Shown here: positions 47,416 through 57,511 of the stretch, one piece after another | How the letters are laid out: every line of letters begins with the position of its first letter | Numbering within the stretch: the first letter of the stretch is position 1 | NCBI GenBank assembly: GCA_041659065.1 | Contig: JBAZYY010000007.1 | Span: 863 to 64,862 of the forward strand | Direction of reading: 5' to 3' | From: Parcubacteria group bacterium | GTDB lineage: Bacteria; Patescibacteriota; Minisyncoccia; Moranbacterales; UBA11712 | Length of the DNA: 64,000 nucleotides | The notes under the pieces: model-generated | What the model saw: only the letters and a program-made list of their open reading frames with translations | What the model was told of the DNA's origin: nothing | Databases searched by the model: none | Position numbers and translations under genes: made by a program

Positions 47416-48255
47416 ATGTTGGATAAAAATATCAACGTAACAAGAAAACTAGGAATAGCCCTGGATGTTCGAGGAACTCTGGTTCATTGCAAAAATGATT
47501 TGCCAACTACTGGTAAGATCGCGAGTCTGATCCTAAAAGCGCTCAAATTTGGCTGCTATATTTCTATACTGTCGGCAGGAAGTATACAGACGATAAAAAG
47601 GCTTGTATTGAATAAATTAATTGTCTTCAATAAAAAATCCGCAAGTATGTTTCTTTGTAGAAATCTTGTGGTTTACTCTGACTCAGCCACCAAAGGATGG
47701 CGCATCAATGAAGATAATAAAATCGTTCCTTTAACTGATTATCAGGCGATAAGTTTCGACCGTGATGAACTGGAAAAAATTATTGAAATAATAGAAAGTG
47801 CTAAAATAAAGTTTAAAATAAAGAAGCCAAGATTAAAACTCAAAGCCGGACAAATTAATTTTTACATGGCTAGAGACTTTAATGAAAGGATTGAGATTGC
47901 CGATTACTTAAATAAAAAATTGGCGAATGGTTGCTTTAGAGAAGTAAGGGCATTTGTGCCAAGTTCGAAAGAGACCATTGATATTGCCTTATGCGGAAAA
48001 ATTAGAGGAATAAAGGATTTTGCCGGAAGATTTAGACTCAAAAAGCTTCAAATTTCGATAATAAGCGACTCTCTTCAAGACAATGGAGCAGAGCAGTTGC
48101 TTAAAAGGTTCACCAATAATAGTCTTTCATTTCAGGTCGGCGTCCATCATGCTAGCAACGTGATAAACTACCCCAATAAAATCGATTTGGAAGGGACGAC
48201 TAGAGCCCTAGAAAGGCTAGTGACTCGTGTCCACAATAATTTTTCAAATAAATAA
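47416..48255 (+). CDS. Divergent HAD-superfamily (IIB-like) protein
   Basis: ALDVRGTL (motif I), ILSAG (II), TIDI..GK..GI (III), ISDS...NG (IV). Confidence 0.6.
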   Translation: MLDKNINVTRKLGIALDVRGTLVHCKNDLPTTGKIASLILKALKFGCYISILSAGSIQTIKRLVLNKLIVFNKKSASMFLCRNLVVYSDSATKGWRINEDNKIVPLTDYQAISFDRDELEKIIEIIESAKIKFKIKKPRLKLKAGQINFYMARDFNERIEIADYLNKKLANGCFREVRAFVPSSKETIDIALCGKIRGIKDFAGRFRLKKLQISIISDSLQDNGAEQLLKRFTNNSLSFQVGVHHASNVINYPNKIDLEGTTRALERLVTRVHNNFSNK

Positions 48256-48516
48256 GCTTTTCATCTTTTCCTAATCAATAATTTCCCCCCTAAATCCAGT
48301 TCTAACCCCAGTAGTATATAAATAACTACGGGGCAGGCTGCGTGAACTTGCCGGCCGTCCTAATAAGAAAAAACACGGCTCTTGAAGGCCGTGTTTTTTT
48401 GGCTACTTATCGGGAAGCATTTCCCAAATCATCTCAAAGAAACTTTTTTGGCTTTCGATGACAATTGCCATTAAAATAAAATTTGAAATATATTATCTGC
48501 GTGTTAAGATAAATTT

Positions 48517-49527
48517 ATGAAGAAAAATATGAAGGGCAATTTTCCAAAAGGGGAAGTTGTTATCTACAAAACCAAAGACGGGCAGGCGAAGCTTAAAGTG
48601 AATCTGCGGGAAGAAACTGTTTGGCTTGATGCGCATCAGACGGCTTCGTTATTTGGTGTGAATCGACCGGCGATAGTAAAACACATAAACAATGTCTATA
48701 AGACTGGAGAACTGGACGAAAAATCAACCTGTTCCATTTTGGAACAGGTTGCCGCTGATGGCAAAAAAAGAAAAATGAATCTTTATAATTTAGACATGAT
48801 TATTTCCGTTGGTTATAGAGTCAATTCTACTCGGGCCACACAATTCAGAATTTGGGCGACGAAAGTTTTGCGTGACCATATAATTAAAGGATTTACGCTA
48901 AACGAAAAAAGGTTGAAAGAGCAAAAGCAAGTAAAATTACGAGAGTTGGAAAGTGCTATCGCCTTGCTTCAAGGCGCGATTCGAAATAGGGATCTCAATA
49001 AAATCGAAGCTGAAGGCTTGCTAAAAGTAATTACCGATTATGCTAATTCTTGGATATTGCTGCAAAAATATGATGAGGGAAAACTTGTTGTTCAAAAGAA
49101 AACCTCAAAGTTCCGTTGGGAGCTGGGTTATGATGAGGCGAAAAAATCTATTAGCGAACTGAAAAACAATCTTATCAAAAACAAAAGAGCGACTGAAATT
49201 TTCGGTCAGGAAAGAGGGCACGGGTTGGACGCGATTATCGGAAACCTGAATCAAACTTTTGGCGGGAAAAAACTTTACCCAAGCATTGAGCAAAAAGCGG
49301 CGCACCTTCTCTATTTTGTTATCAAAGACCATCCTTTCGTGGATGGCAATAAGAGAACTGCTTCGTTTTTGTTTATCCTATATCTCGCGCGAAACAATTA
49401 TCTCTTGAACAAAAAGGGTGAACGTAAAATCAACGACAACGCGCTAGTTGCTCTCGCGCTTCTTGTCGCTGAAAGCAACCCGAAAGAAAAAGATATAATG
49501 GTCGCGCTGATAACGAATTTGCTTTAG
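48517..49527 (+). CDS. RhuM + Fic/Doc domain protein
   Basis: YNLDMIISVGYRVNS..ATQFRIWA (RhuM); HPFVDGNKR (Fic). Confidence 0.92.
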   Translation: MKKNMKGNFPKGEVVIYKTKDGQAKLKVNLREETVWLDAHQTASLFGVNRPAIVKHINNVYKTGELDEKSTCSILEQVAADGKKRKMNLYNLDMIISVGYRVNSTRATQFRIWATKVLRDHIIKGFTLNEKRLKEQKQVKLRELESAIALLQGAIRNRDLNKIEAEGLLKVITDYANSWILLQKYDEGKLVVQKKTSKFRWELGYDEAKKSISELKNNLIKNKRATEIFGQERGHGLDAIIGNLNQTFGGKKLYPSIEQKAAHLLYFVIKDHPFVDGNKRTASFLFILYLARNNYLLNKKGERKINDNALVALALLVAESNPKEKDIMVALITNLL

Positions 49528-49863
49528 TAGAAAAATTGGAAAATAAAAAAGCTCGTGGAATAATACCCGCACGAGCTTTTTTATAGCAGAGTGTAAACAA
49601 TACCTTAGGCACTTTTTACTATAAGTCTTCGTTTACTTTTGTTTCTTCCACCAGGCTTGGAGTTCTAGGGCTAGAGCTTTGGACTTGGTCCCGAGCAGGA
49701 CGTAATCAGGAAGATTAAGCCCTCTTTTCTTTGAGATGCCTCTTTCTTCGCAGATTGCGTTTCCGATTGCACTGCAGTGGTTTAGCAACTCATCGTGCTA
49801 GACGGCGGTACGGCTCCAAAAAAGCAACGCGTTAATTGGCCAGAAGTGATAAGCGAGAAAAAA

Positions 49864-50811
49864 CTATCTGACCTCAATATCAAGAAGGTATGTTATAAGA
49901 CCCATCGTTACATAAATAAATTCTTTCATAAAAACTTTATTCATGATTCTGGGGTCATTGTCGACTTCTTCTTTGGCAATAAGTTTTCCATTTGTCATCA
50001 TGCGGGGCTCACCGTACTCAATTAGCGCTCCAGGCTTTAGGCGATTGACCTCTTCTTGGGATAGAATCTTAAATTTATCATTATATTTCTCGACTAATTT
50101 TTTGTCTTCACCTTTTTGAGGTAAGCCTTCGGCAATCAGAATAAAATCCATCTTATTCAGAAAGTTATCATACTTATCCGGAATCAAATTTCCACCGTTT
50201 TTTTTCACAAATTCTTGAATGTGCTCCGGTGTCCTAAAAGATTCAATGACTGGATCTTCGTGAATTTCTGCTTTAAAAATACTTAGTGCCTTTATGAGAG
50301 CTTTGGTTGGGCGTGACGACTTGGTCATTCCATAAACTCCGACCTTGATTTTTGAAAGATCGCCAAAGCGTTTGGATAATGAATATATCCAGCCAAGCGC
50401 GCCAAGACTGTGTTCATCTCCTCCGCACATCCCATTCATAAGCGGAATCGGAAAATCTCTAGCCATTTCGCTCAAATCTAAGCTCTTATGGCGAACTGCC
50501 ATGATATCAGAAAAAGCTGCATATCCGTTTAGAAAATCCCGCATATCTTCTTCTCCTGAATTGACATAGGTTCCGGCAGTTCCGCTGATTCCAATCCATC
50601 CACCACCGAGCCGGATCATTGCCATTTGGAACAAGGAGGCTGTTCGCGCGCTTTCCTGAAAAAACATGGTCGCAATTACTTTTCCGGGACAAACGTTTGT
50701 GAAATTTTTTCCTTTCTCAAGCCCCTCCTGAAAAATTTTTGCCCGACGAAAAACTTCTAGATATCCTTCCCTAGTAAAATCGTCGGTTTTAGTGAAGTGT
50801 TTTACTGGCAT
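49864..50811 (-). CDS. Divergent aspartate/ornithine carbamoyltransferase-family protein
   Basis: GKVIATMFFQESART..F..AM..LGG, DIMAVRH, PLMNG..EH. Confidence 0.8.
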   Translation of the reverse strand: MPVKHFTKTDDFTREGYLEVFRRAKIFQEGLEKGKNFTNVCPGKVIATMFFQESARTASLFQMAMIRLGGGWIGISGTAGTYVNSGEEDMRDFLNGYAAFSDIMAVRHKSLDLSEMARDFPIPLMNGMCGGDEHSLGALGWIYSLSKRFGDLSKIKVGVYGMTKSSRPTKALIKALSIFKAEIHEDPVIESFRTPEHIQEFVKKNGGNLIPDKYDNFLNKMDFILIAEGLPQKGEDKKLVEKYNDKFKILSQEEVNRLKPGALIEYGEPRMMTNGKLIAKEEVDNDPRIMNKVFMKEFIYVTMGLITYLLDIEVR

Positions 50812-50841
50812 AAATTTTGGATTAATATTTTAAAATAAAAA

Positions 50842-52521
50842 TTATTTGCGGTGGACTTCTTTACCGCTAGCGATAGTTTTAAGAGTTTGAAGATCGCTAT
50901 AAGCTTTTATGGATTGCCTTAGTCCCTCGCTGAGTTCCCCAAGATTTCGCGCTGCCGGGCCACCCATCAATTCCAGATCTTTAGAATCAATGACGATGAT
51001 GTCCGCTTTTTGGTCGACGTTCAAACTTCCGCCTTCAACTTTAGCAAACTTATGAGCCATTATTGTGTATGCTGCTAATGCCTCTGGGAAAGATAGTCTT
51101 TGTTCCTTTTCGGAAGCATGCGTGGCTGCCCAAATTCCATGGAGTGCAGATGTTGGCATACTATCAGATCCAAACATCATTGGAATTCCGGCGTCGATTA
51201 TCTTTCTATGAGGACATATCATCCGAATGCGGTCTTTGCCGAGCCGTTCAATGTAATCCGGTCCGTCTGATAAAAAATTTGGCTGTGAGCAAACCCAAAC
51301 TCCGAGGTCTTGTGCCTGTTCTATTGATTCCTGATTCGGTAGCTCAAAATGTTCTATTCGCCAACTCACTGACCCGCGGGGAGCAAGAGCTTCTTTTTCC
51401 CAACGAGCGACACTTTCTAAAACCCTTTTGATTCCTGCATCACCGATGGCGTGGAAAGCTATATTTTCGATACCGTGCTCAAGTGCCATTTGTATGGCTT
51501 CGTTCATTTTTTGCATTTGCATAGCCCATACACCCAGAGTGTCTCTGTCGGTATATTTTTCCGAAAGCATCGCAGTGTAGCTGCCAATAGATCCATCGGT
51601 TAGAAGTTTCATTCCGAGCCCTCGAAACATCTCTGGCTTCCAGAGCCCTGCACTTTCAAGAGATTTTATTACTTTTCCGCCAGAGGCCAGCATCTGATTC
51701 ATCACATAAGGTGAAACAAAATATCTTTGCACAGGGAAAGACTCTGCGCCTCTTTTTTCTTCATATTTCTTTTTTGTCAAAAGAAAAGCCTCGAATTGAG
51801 CAAGTGTTGTCATATCCATATCATGAATAGTCGTAATTCCTTGTCCCAGCCAACCCTCGATCCTCTGCTCTGCGCTTTCTGCTAAAACTTCAGCCGTTGG
51901 AGAAAATAATTCCAAAGCTCTGATTATGAATTCTTCTGAAACTCTTCCAGTATACTCACTGAATTCTCCTGCCATTTTACCCTTTTCGCTGTCGGGAATA
52001 AGTTTTTTCAGCTCAGCGATACCGGCAGAATTTAGCCAGCCGCCATGAAAAGAAGGGTCAATCACGATAATGGATTGGTCTCCAGAGACTTTGTCGAGTC
52101 CTAGCCGTGAGACTTCACCTAATTTTTTGGTTATCAAGCCCACAAACATCATTGGCAATTCTGATTCATTACTTTGCGCTTCGTCTCTGATGTTATTCAT
52201 CACTTCTTCGTGCGTCTTAAATTTAGAAAGATCTTTGGCATCATCAAATAAGCCCCAAATAATAGGATGGTTATGCGCATCAGCAAAGCCTGGCATCATT
52301 ATTCCTCCTGCCTCAATTGATGTAACTTGGTAGCGGTTTCCCTCTTCACCTTTTAACCATTCACTCGCTTCTTGCTGAGTGCCCTTAAAAACAATTTTTC
52401 TTTTCTGTGGGTCAACGGCTATAACTATATCTTGCTTTCCTTCAGCTCCGGTTTCCGACGTTACAACTTTTTCTGGATGGTATACATTTAAAGCTGACTT
52501 TTCACTTCTCATTTTTTCCAT
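50842..52521 (-). CDS. Amidohydrolase family 3 (YtcJ-like)
   Basis: PGFADAHNH, KLLTDGSIG, HAIGD, RIEH, FGSD. Confidence 0.9.
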   Translation of the reverse strand: MEKMRSEKSALNVYHPEKVVTSETGAEGKQDIVIAVDPQKRKIVFKGTQQEASEWLKGEEGNRYQVTSIEAGGIMMPGFADAHNHPIIWGLFDDAKDLSKFKTHEEVMNNIRDEAQSNESELPMMFVGLITKKLGEVSRLGLDKVSGDQSIIVIDPSFHGGWLNSAGIAELKKLIPDSEKGKMAGEFSEYTGRVSEEFIIRALELFSPTAEVLAESAEQRIEGWLGQGITTIHDMDMTTLAQFEAFLLTKKKYEEKRGAESFPVQRYFVSPYVMNQMLASGGKVIKSLESAGLWKPEMFRGLGMKLLTDGSIGSYTAMLSEKYTDRDTLGVWAMQMQKMNEAIQMALEHGIENIAFHAIGDAGIKRVLESVARWEKEALAPRGSVSWRIEHFELPNQESIEQAQDLGVWVCSQPNFLSDGPDYIERLGKDRIRMICPHRKIIDAGIPMMFGSDSMPTSALHGIWAATHASEKEQRLSFPEALAAYTIMAHKFAKVEGGSLNVDQKADIIVIDSKDLELMGGPAARNLGELSEGLRQSIKAYSDLQTLKTIASGKEVHRK

Positions 52522-52547
52522 AATATTTGAAATAAATAAATAATTTT

Positions 52548-54896
52548 TTACCGATCAGATTCGCTACTTACCTCTTTCTTATTCTTCAAGATTTTAACAA
52601 TACCATTGTCTGCATCTACCTCTAGCAGGTTCCCATCTTTAATAATCTTACTCGCCATTTTTGTCGCAATTACGCAGGGCTTTTTCATCTCGCGAGCTAC
52701 AATTGCCGCGTGCGATGTAATGCCACCTTCATCCGTAACAAATGCAGCTGCTAATCGCATTACTGGCATATATTCAGGGCGCGTTGCAACGGCGATGAGA
52801 ATATCTCCCTTTTTAACTTTTCGAAATTGATTTCTATCAAGCACGACAGCTGCCCGTCCTTTTACCTTGCCTCCAGAAGCAGAAACACCCTTGAACTCTT
52901 GCATATTTTTAGTATCGCCGATAACAGACCGTTTGAAATCCGATGTTATCTGATTGGCTTTGTGTCCACTCCAAATTTTCGTATCATTTAATTGCCAATA
53001 AATAATGCAATGCTTCCGTCGTCTCATCAATTCACTTCTGTCGTATTTATTGTCTATGATTTCATTCCAGGTAGCAAGCAGTAATTCTTTCATCGGTATA
53101 TTTTGCCTTTTTGACAACTCCCGAAGAAGTTTTTCCGCACCAGAAACCCACATAAGCGATTCAGCTTTTCTGATATCTTGAATTGTTGCAGTCATTTGCA
53201 GTACAGTAAGCAGATTTGTTATCTTACTTGGCAAACGTTTGCTTGAATTGATCTGCACTGAAAAATGTGGACTTCTAGCTACTAATTTTTTCAAATCTCG
53301 CTTAGTTACCGTATGGGAACCAGTGTAATCGTTATTTATATAGTGAAATTTTTTTAGAACAGCAGTGACATCTTTTTCGCTTTTTGCTTTTTTATATTCT
53401 TCAATGCATTGCTGGATGTAATTTGGCTTGCTGGGATTACTATATAAATCCATTAGTTTTTTAGCTTTCCCGTTTTCTATTCCTTCACTTGAAAGCAGTC
53501 CCTGCAGATGATTTTGAAAATAAAGACTTAATGGTTCAATAAAATCATTTGCTGTATATTGTTCAACAAAATATTCATAATATTTCTCAATCCAATCATG
53601 AAATTCTTTGTTGGAAATATGAGAAAGATTGGTGTGGAGAAGTTGATAGTGTAGCTTATCGAAACGTTTAACTTTGGCTTGCCAGCTATCATAAAGATCC
53701 CATTTATTTTTGATTATTTTTGGAAGCATGATCTGCGCAAATTCAACAAGCTGCGTCTCGTCGAAAAGCCAGTCCAGAGACTTACCTTTCCAGATTGCAA
53801 CAACATCATTTGAAATTCCATAAACTTTACCAAACTTTTTACTCGGGACGATTGCAAAAGGCGTGATGTAAGCAGGCCAAGCGGATGTGCCATAAATCGC
53901 CCATTTTCTGTTTTTAAAATCAATAGGATTCGCCTCAAGATGTTCTTTGCGATTCCCGAGGGTTGTTATCGGTCGGCTCTGCATAATATAAAACTTATTT
54001 TTTTCCAGGGCCCATTCAACATCGCAAGGAAAATTATAATGTTTTTCAATAGACAAAATTATCTCAGAAAGTCTTTTAATCTGATTATCAGATAAAGCCT
54101 GACTCCCACCCTTGGCTTTTAAAATCTCTTTCCATTCATTGCCGCCCTCCTTGCTGCGGTATATACCTCGGGTCTGTTCATTGACCTTAATATTAGTAAT
54201 TTTCAAAGGTTTCTTTACAACTACATAGCTATCTGGTGTGATTTGCCCTGAAACAGTCGCTTCTCCAAGTCCAAATCCGGCCTCAATGATAAGCTGATTC
54301 TTGTCTTGCGTGACAGGATGAACTGAAAAGGCAATGCCGGAAATATCCGAGTCGATCATTTTTTGCACAACAACAGCAACTGATATTTTTTGCTTATGAA
54401 GCCTTTTTTCAAAACGGTAAAAAATAGCTCGTGGAGTGAACAGGGATGCCCAGCATTTTTTTATATTTTCCAAAAGGTTGTTTTTGGTCGTATTTAAGTA
54501 GCTTTCAAGCTGTCCGGCCCATGCCGCCGATGCACTGTCTTCGGCAGTCGCACTTGATCGAACAGCAACGAATTTTGTATTGAGTTTTTTGAAAAATATT
54601 TTAATATCCTGTTCGATATCTCCTGGAATATCCTTGCTGATTATCAGAGATTTTATTTTTTTAGAGGCGCTTTCTACTGAGTGAATTTCTCTAAAATTAA
54701 CAGAATGTAAAATAGAATCAATTTTAGTATTTAAGCCAGTTTCTTCAAGAAATATTTCAAAGGCATCCGAAAGAATTACAAAACCATCAGGTACTGGAAT
54801 ATTTGCCTGTGTCATTTCTCCCAGTGAAGCCCCCTTGCCTCCAGCGATACTAGTATCTTTCGTTGTTATTTTTTTTATAGCTCTAATCAGTTCCAT
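52548..54896 (-). CDS. PEP-synthase-like ATP-grasp + phospho-His swivel phosphotransferase (rifampin phosphotransferase-like architecture)
   Basis: GGKGASLGEM, VAVRSSATAED, QSRPIT at the N-terminus; GGITSHAAIVARE at the extreme C-terminus; unrelated middle domain. Confidence 0.85.
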   Translation of the reverse strand: MELIRAIKKITTKDTSIAGGKGASLGEMTQANIPVPDGFVILSDAFEIFLEETGLNTKIDSILHSVNFREIHSVESASKKIKSLIISKDIPGDIEQDIKIFFKKLNTKFVAVRSSATAEDSASAAWAGQLESYLNTTKNNLLENIKKCWASLFTPRAIFYRFEKRLHKQKISVAVVVQKMIDSDISGIAFSVHPVTQDKNQLIIEAGFGLGEATVSGQITPDSYVVVKKPLKITNIKVNEQTRGIYRSKEGGNEWKEILKAKGGSQALSDNQIKRLSEIILSIEKHYNFPCDVEWALEKNKFYIMQSRPITTLGNRKEHLEANPIDFKNRKWAIYGTSAWPAYITPFAIVPSKKFGKVYGISNDVVAIWKGKSLDWLFDETQLVEFAQIMLPKIIKNKWDLYDSWQAKVKRFDKLHYQLLHTNLSHISNKEFHDWIEKYYEYFVEQYTANDFIEPLSLYFQNHLQGLLSSEGIENGKAKKLMDLYSNPSKPNYIQQCIEEYKKAKSEKDVTAVLKKFHYINNDYTGSHTVTKRDLKKLVARSPHFSVQINSSKRLPSKITNLLTVLQMTATIQDIRKAESLMWVSGAEKLLRELSKRQNIPMKELLLATWNEIIDNKYDRSELMRRRKHCIIYWQLNDTKIWSGHKANQITSDFKRSVIGDTKNMQEFKGVSASGGKVKGRAAVVLDRNQFRKVKKGDILIAVATRPEYMPVMRLAAAFVTDEGGITSHAAIVAREMKKPCVIATKMASKIIKDGNLLEVDADNGIVKILKNKKEVSSESDR

Positions 54897-54987
54897 ATTT
54901 TCATATCATTATGTATTAGTTTAGCATGAGATGTCGCGAAATAAAATGAGAATTGTATTTTCAGTAGTCAGTTCTTCTTTAATTCAT

Positions 54988-55104
54988 CTAAATGATGAAT
55001 AGAATGAAACTAAATAACGCAAGCAAGATAAGGGTAAGCGTAATTATATTCCCTATCCTGCCTGTTGGTTCATTGTAATATTTGCTATAGATATTGTTAT
55101 TCAT
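54988..55104 (-). CDS. Possible 38-aa single-TM peptide MNNNIYSKYYNEPTGRIGNIITLTLILLALFSFILFII
   Basis: ATG..TAG within a 540-nt gap; 19 consecutive mostly hydrophobic residues. Confidence 0.4.
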   Translation of the reverse strand: MNNNIYSKYYNEPTGRIGNIITLTLILLALFSFILFII

Positions 55105-55437
55105 ATAGTATTTATAAATTATTTTTACTTAACTCTATATTCTCTCGGTGTGATTTCATTTCCTTTATTTAGCAACTATTTTGTCTGATTAGTCTTGACG
55201 CGAAGAGCCACGCAATTTTAACTAATCTCGATTTAGAAATTGAAGCGATATAGCCTTCTCGTTCTTTATTCGGGGATATGTGGCTAAAATTAGTGCAGAG
55301 GTAAACCTTAACGAACTATTATATAATAAATCCATTATATTGGCAACAATCAATACCTTGAATAAGCAAAAAATACAATATATAAAGCTAAATAATATGT
55401 TGACAATAGCTCAACAAATATGCTAGAATAGGGGCAT

Positions 55438-56214
55438 ATGATAGCAGAAACCTTGCAAAAACTGGGTTTCAATGAGAAAGAGGCTGAAATATACCTTGAG
55501 ATTTTGAAGTTAGGCCGGGCGACTCCGGCTAGAATTGCCCAAAATACGGGGATTAATCGCACTACGGTTTATAGCTGCTATAAGAATTTGGTGAAGAAAA
55601 GAGTGATTGTTGAGGATCTGGGGCATAAATATACCTATCTCGTCGCTCTTCCGCCGGAAAATTTGGATGTGCTTTTGGAAAAACAAAAAAAGCGTCTCGA
55701 AACTGACGAGAAGCTGGTGGGTCAAGCCGTGAAAGAACTCGCGGAATTGCCGGCTAATACCCAATATTCAATTCCAAAAATCAGGTTTGTGGAGGAATTG
55801 GATCTTGAAGATTTTTTGTATAAGCGCAGTGATGAGTGGAACAAAAACTTAAAACAGCATGACAGCACGTGGTGGGGATTTCAGGATCATACTCTCATTG
55901 ATCACTATAAACAGTGGGTGTTAGATTATTGGAAAAAGTTTAAATCGTCCGAAGGGATCCTCGAAAAAGTTGTCAGCAATCAGACGGAAACTGAAAAAGA
56001 AATGCTGGAAAAAGCTATTGCGGGTCGGGATGTTCGCTTTTGGAGTAAGAACGCCGAATTCACTTCCTCATTTTGGGTGGGCGGAGATTATATTATAATG
56101 GTCTATACCGCCAATCGGCCTTTCTATCTCATTGAAATTCATAACCCGGTGATGGCGTATAATTTGCGGGAAGTGTTCAAGGGTCTTTGGGAAGAGCAAA
56201 TCAGATCAAAGTAA
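55438..56214 (+). CDS. TrmB-family transcriptional regulator (copy 4)
   Basis: LGFNEKEAEIYLEILKLG..GINRTTVY; TTGACA-18-TAGAAT 8 nt before the ATG. Confidence 0.9.
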   Translation: MIAETLQKLGFNEKEAEIYLEILKLGRATPARIAQNTGINRTTVYSCYKNLVKKRVIVEDLGHKYTYLVALPPENLDVLLEKQKKRLETDEKLVGQAVKELAELPANTQYSIPKIRFVEELDLEDFLYKRSDEWNKNLKQHDSTWWGFQDHTLIDHYKQWVLDYWKKFKSSEGILEKVVSNQTETEKEMLEKAIAGRDVRFWSKNAEFTSSFWVGGDYIIMVYTANRPFYLIEIHNPVMAYNLREVFKGLWEEQIRSK

Positions 56215-56239
56215 AACTTTCAATACAGTAGAAAATAAA

Positions 56240-57445
56240 ATGGAAAATTTCAGTAAAATAAAAATCGTTATCGTCTTTACGGTTTTGATAAATGTCATTG
56301 GGGCGGGTATTGTCATTCCAGTGCTCCCATATTATGTTGAGTCATTCGGCGCGACTCCGTTTCAAGTGACTTTGCTTTTTGCTGTGTTCGCCTTGTGCTC
56401 ATTTTTCAGCAGTCCATTTCTGGGCGCCCTATCCGACAAAATTGGCCGCCGGCCTGTTCTTATCGCGAGCATCATCAGCACTTTTTTTGGCTGGCTGGTC
56501 TTTGCTCTCGCCGGCAACATTATATTTTTGTTCATCGGTCGCATCATTGATGGATTGGCCGCCGGGAATATATCCATTGCTCAAAGCTCCTTGGTTGACA
56601 TATCCCGCAATTCCAAAGAGCGGACGCAAAACTTGGGGCTGATCGGAGCGGCCTTTGGAATAGGACTAGTCATCGGGCCCCTTATCGGCGGGCTGTTAAG
56701 CTCTTTTTCTCCGGCAGTGCCGTTTTGGTTTGCGACAGCGCTGGCGTTCATTGACGTCATCGTGGCCTTTATTTTTTTGAACGAAACTATACCGGAGAAA
56801 AAACATAAAGCCAGAATCGAATGGAATCCCTTTTCTCCGTTGAGACGGGCCGCGGCCAACAAGCGGCTTATCCCCAATTTCATTGCTTGGTTTTTTTTCA
56901 CGATGGCATTCGCTTCAACTCAAGCTATTTTCGCGCTCTATATTGATCGGGTCTTTGGCTTGGGGGCGCTGGCGGCGGGAATATTTTTTGCGGGTACCGG
57001 TTTGATCGTAGCCTTTAATCAGATAGTAGCGCTCAAGCATTTTTGGCTAAAATACTTCAGCGAACCGGGAATAGAGTTTTGGATGATCCTCGTAACTGGG
57101 GCAGGTTTTTTGATTATGGGCATTAAGTTTCTGTTTATTTTCTCGATTGGGATGCTAATAATAGCCTTTGGCCAGTCAATTTTGCGGGTGGTGATGACGA
57201 GCCAAATTGTCGGGAATACCCGGCAGGATTCGCGCGGTGAAATTATCGGGATTACTTCCTCCATCCAATGGCTCGGAATGACGATTGCTCCGATCATCGC
57301 GGGCGCGATTTTCACTTCCCAAAATAATTTTCCGTTCATTTTGAGCGGGGTCTATATGCTGATTGCTTTTGTTATTATTCTTGGAAGCCGGCGCCGGATG
57401 GCGAAAGTTGAATATATTCCCGAGACTCCAATGACGAGCGTATAA
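56240..57445 (+). CDS. MFS efflux transporter (TetA/DHA1-like)
   Basis: GALSDKIGRRP (motif A), GLVIGPLIGG (motif C), 12 TM. Confidence 0.92.
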   Translation: MENFSKIKIVIVFTVLINVIGAGIVIPVLPYYVESFGATPFQVTLLFAVFALCSFFSSPFLGALSDKIGRRPVLIASIISTFFGWLVFALAGNIIFLFIGRIIDGLAAGNISIAQSSLVDISRNSKERTQNLGLIGAAFGIGLVIGPLIGGLLSSFSPAVPFWFATALAFIDVIVAFIFLNETIPEKKHKARIEWNPFSPLRRAAANKRLIPNFIAWFFFTMAFASTQAIFALYIDRVFGLGALAAGIFFAGTGLIVAFNQIVALKHFWLKYFSEPGIEFWMILVTGAGFLIMGIKFLFIFSIGMLIIAFGQSILRVVMTSQIVGNTRQDSRGEIIGITSSIQWLGMTIAPIIAGAIFTSQNNFPFILSGVYMLIAFVIILGSRRRMAKVEYIPETPMTSV

Positions 57446-57511
57446 ATAAAAAACCGATCGGGTGGAGCGGAAATAGTATCGATTGAGAAGAAATAAAATC
57501 GAAAGTTTTTT

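Noticed and set aside
49634-49789. Fragment SAIGNAICEERGISKK resembling the NusA N-terminus
   Set aside because: The match is short, the rest does not align and there is no good start; probably chance or an unrelated remnant.
52548-54896. Calling this gene ppsA and the 49864 gene pyrB
   Set aside because: The pyruvate-binding domain is absent from the first and the catalytic motifs of the second are altered, so gene symbols were withheld.
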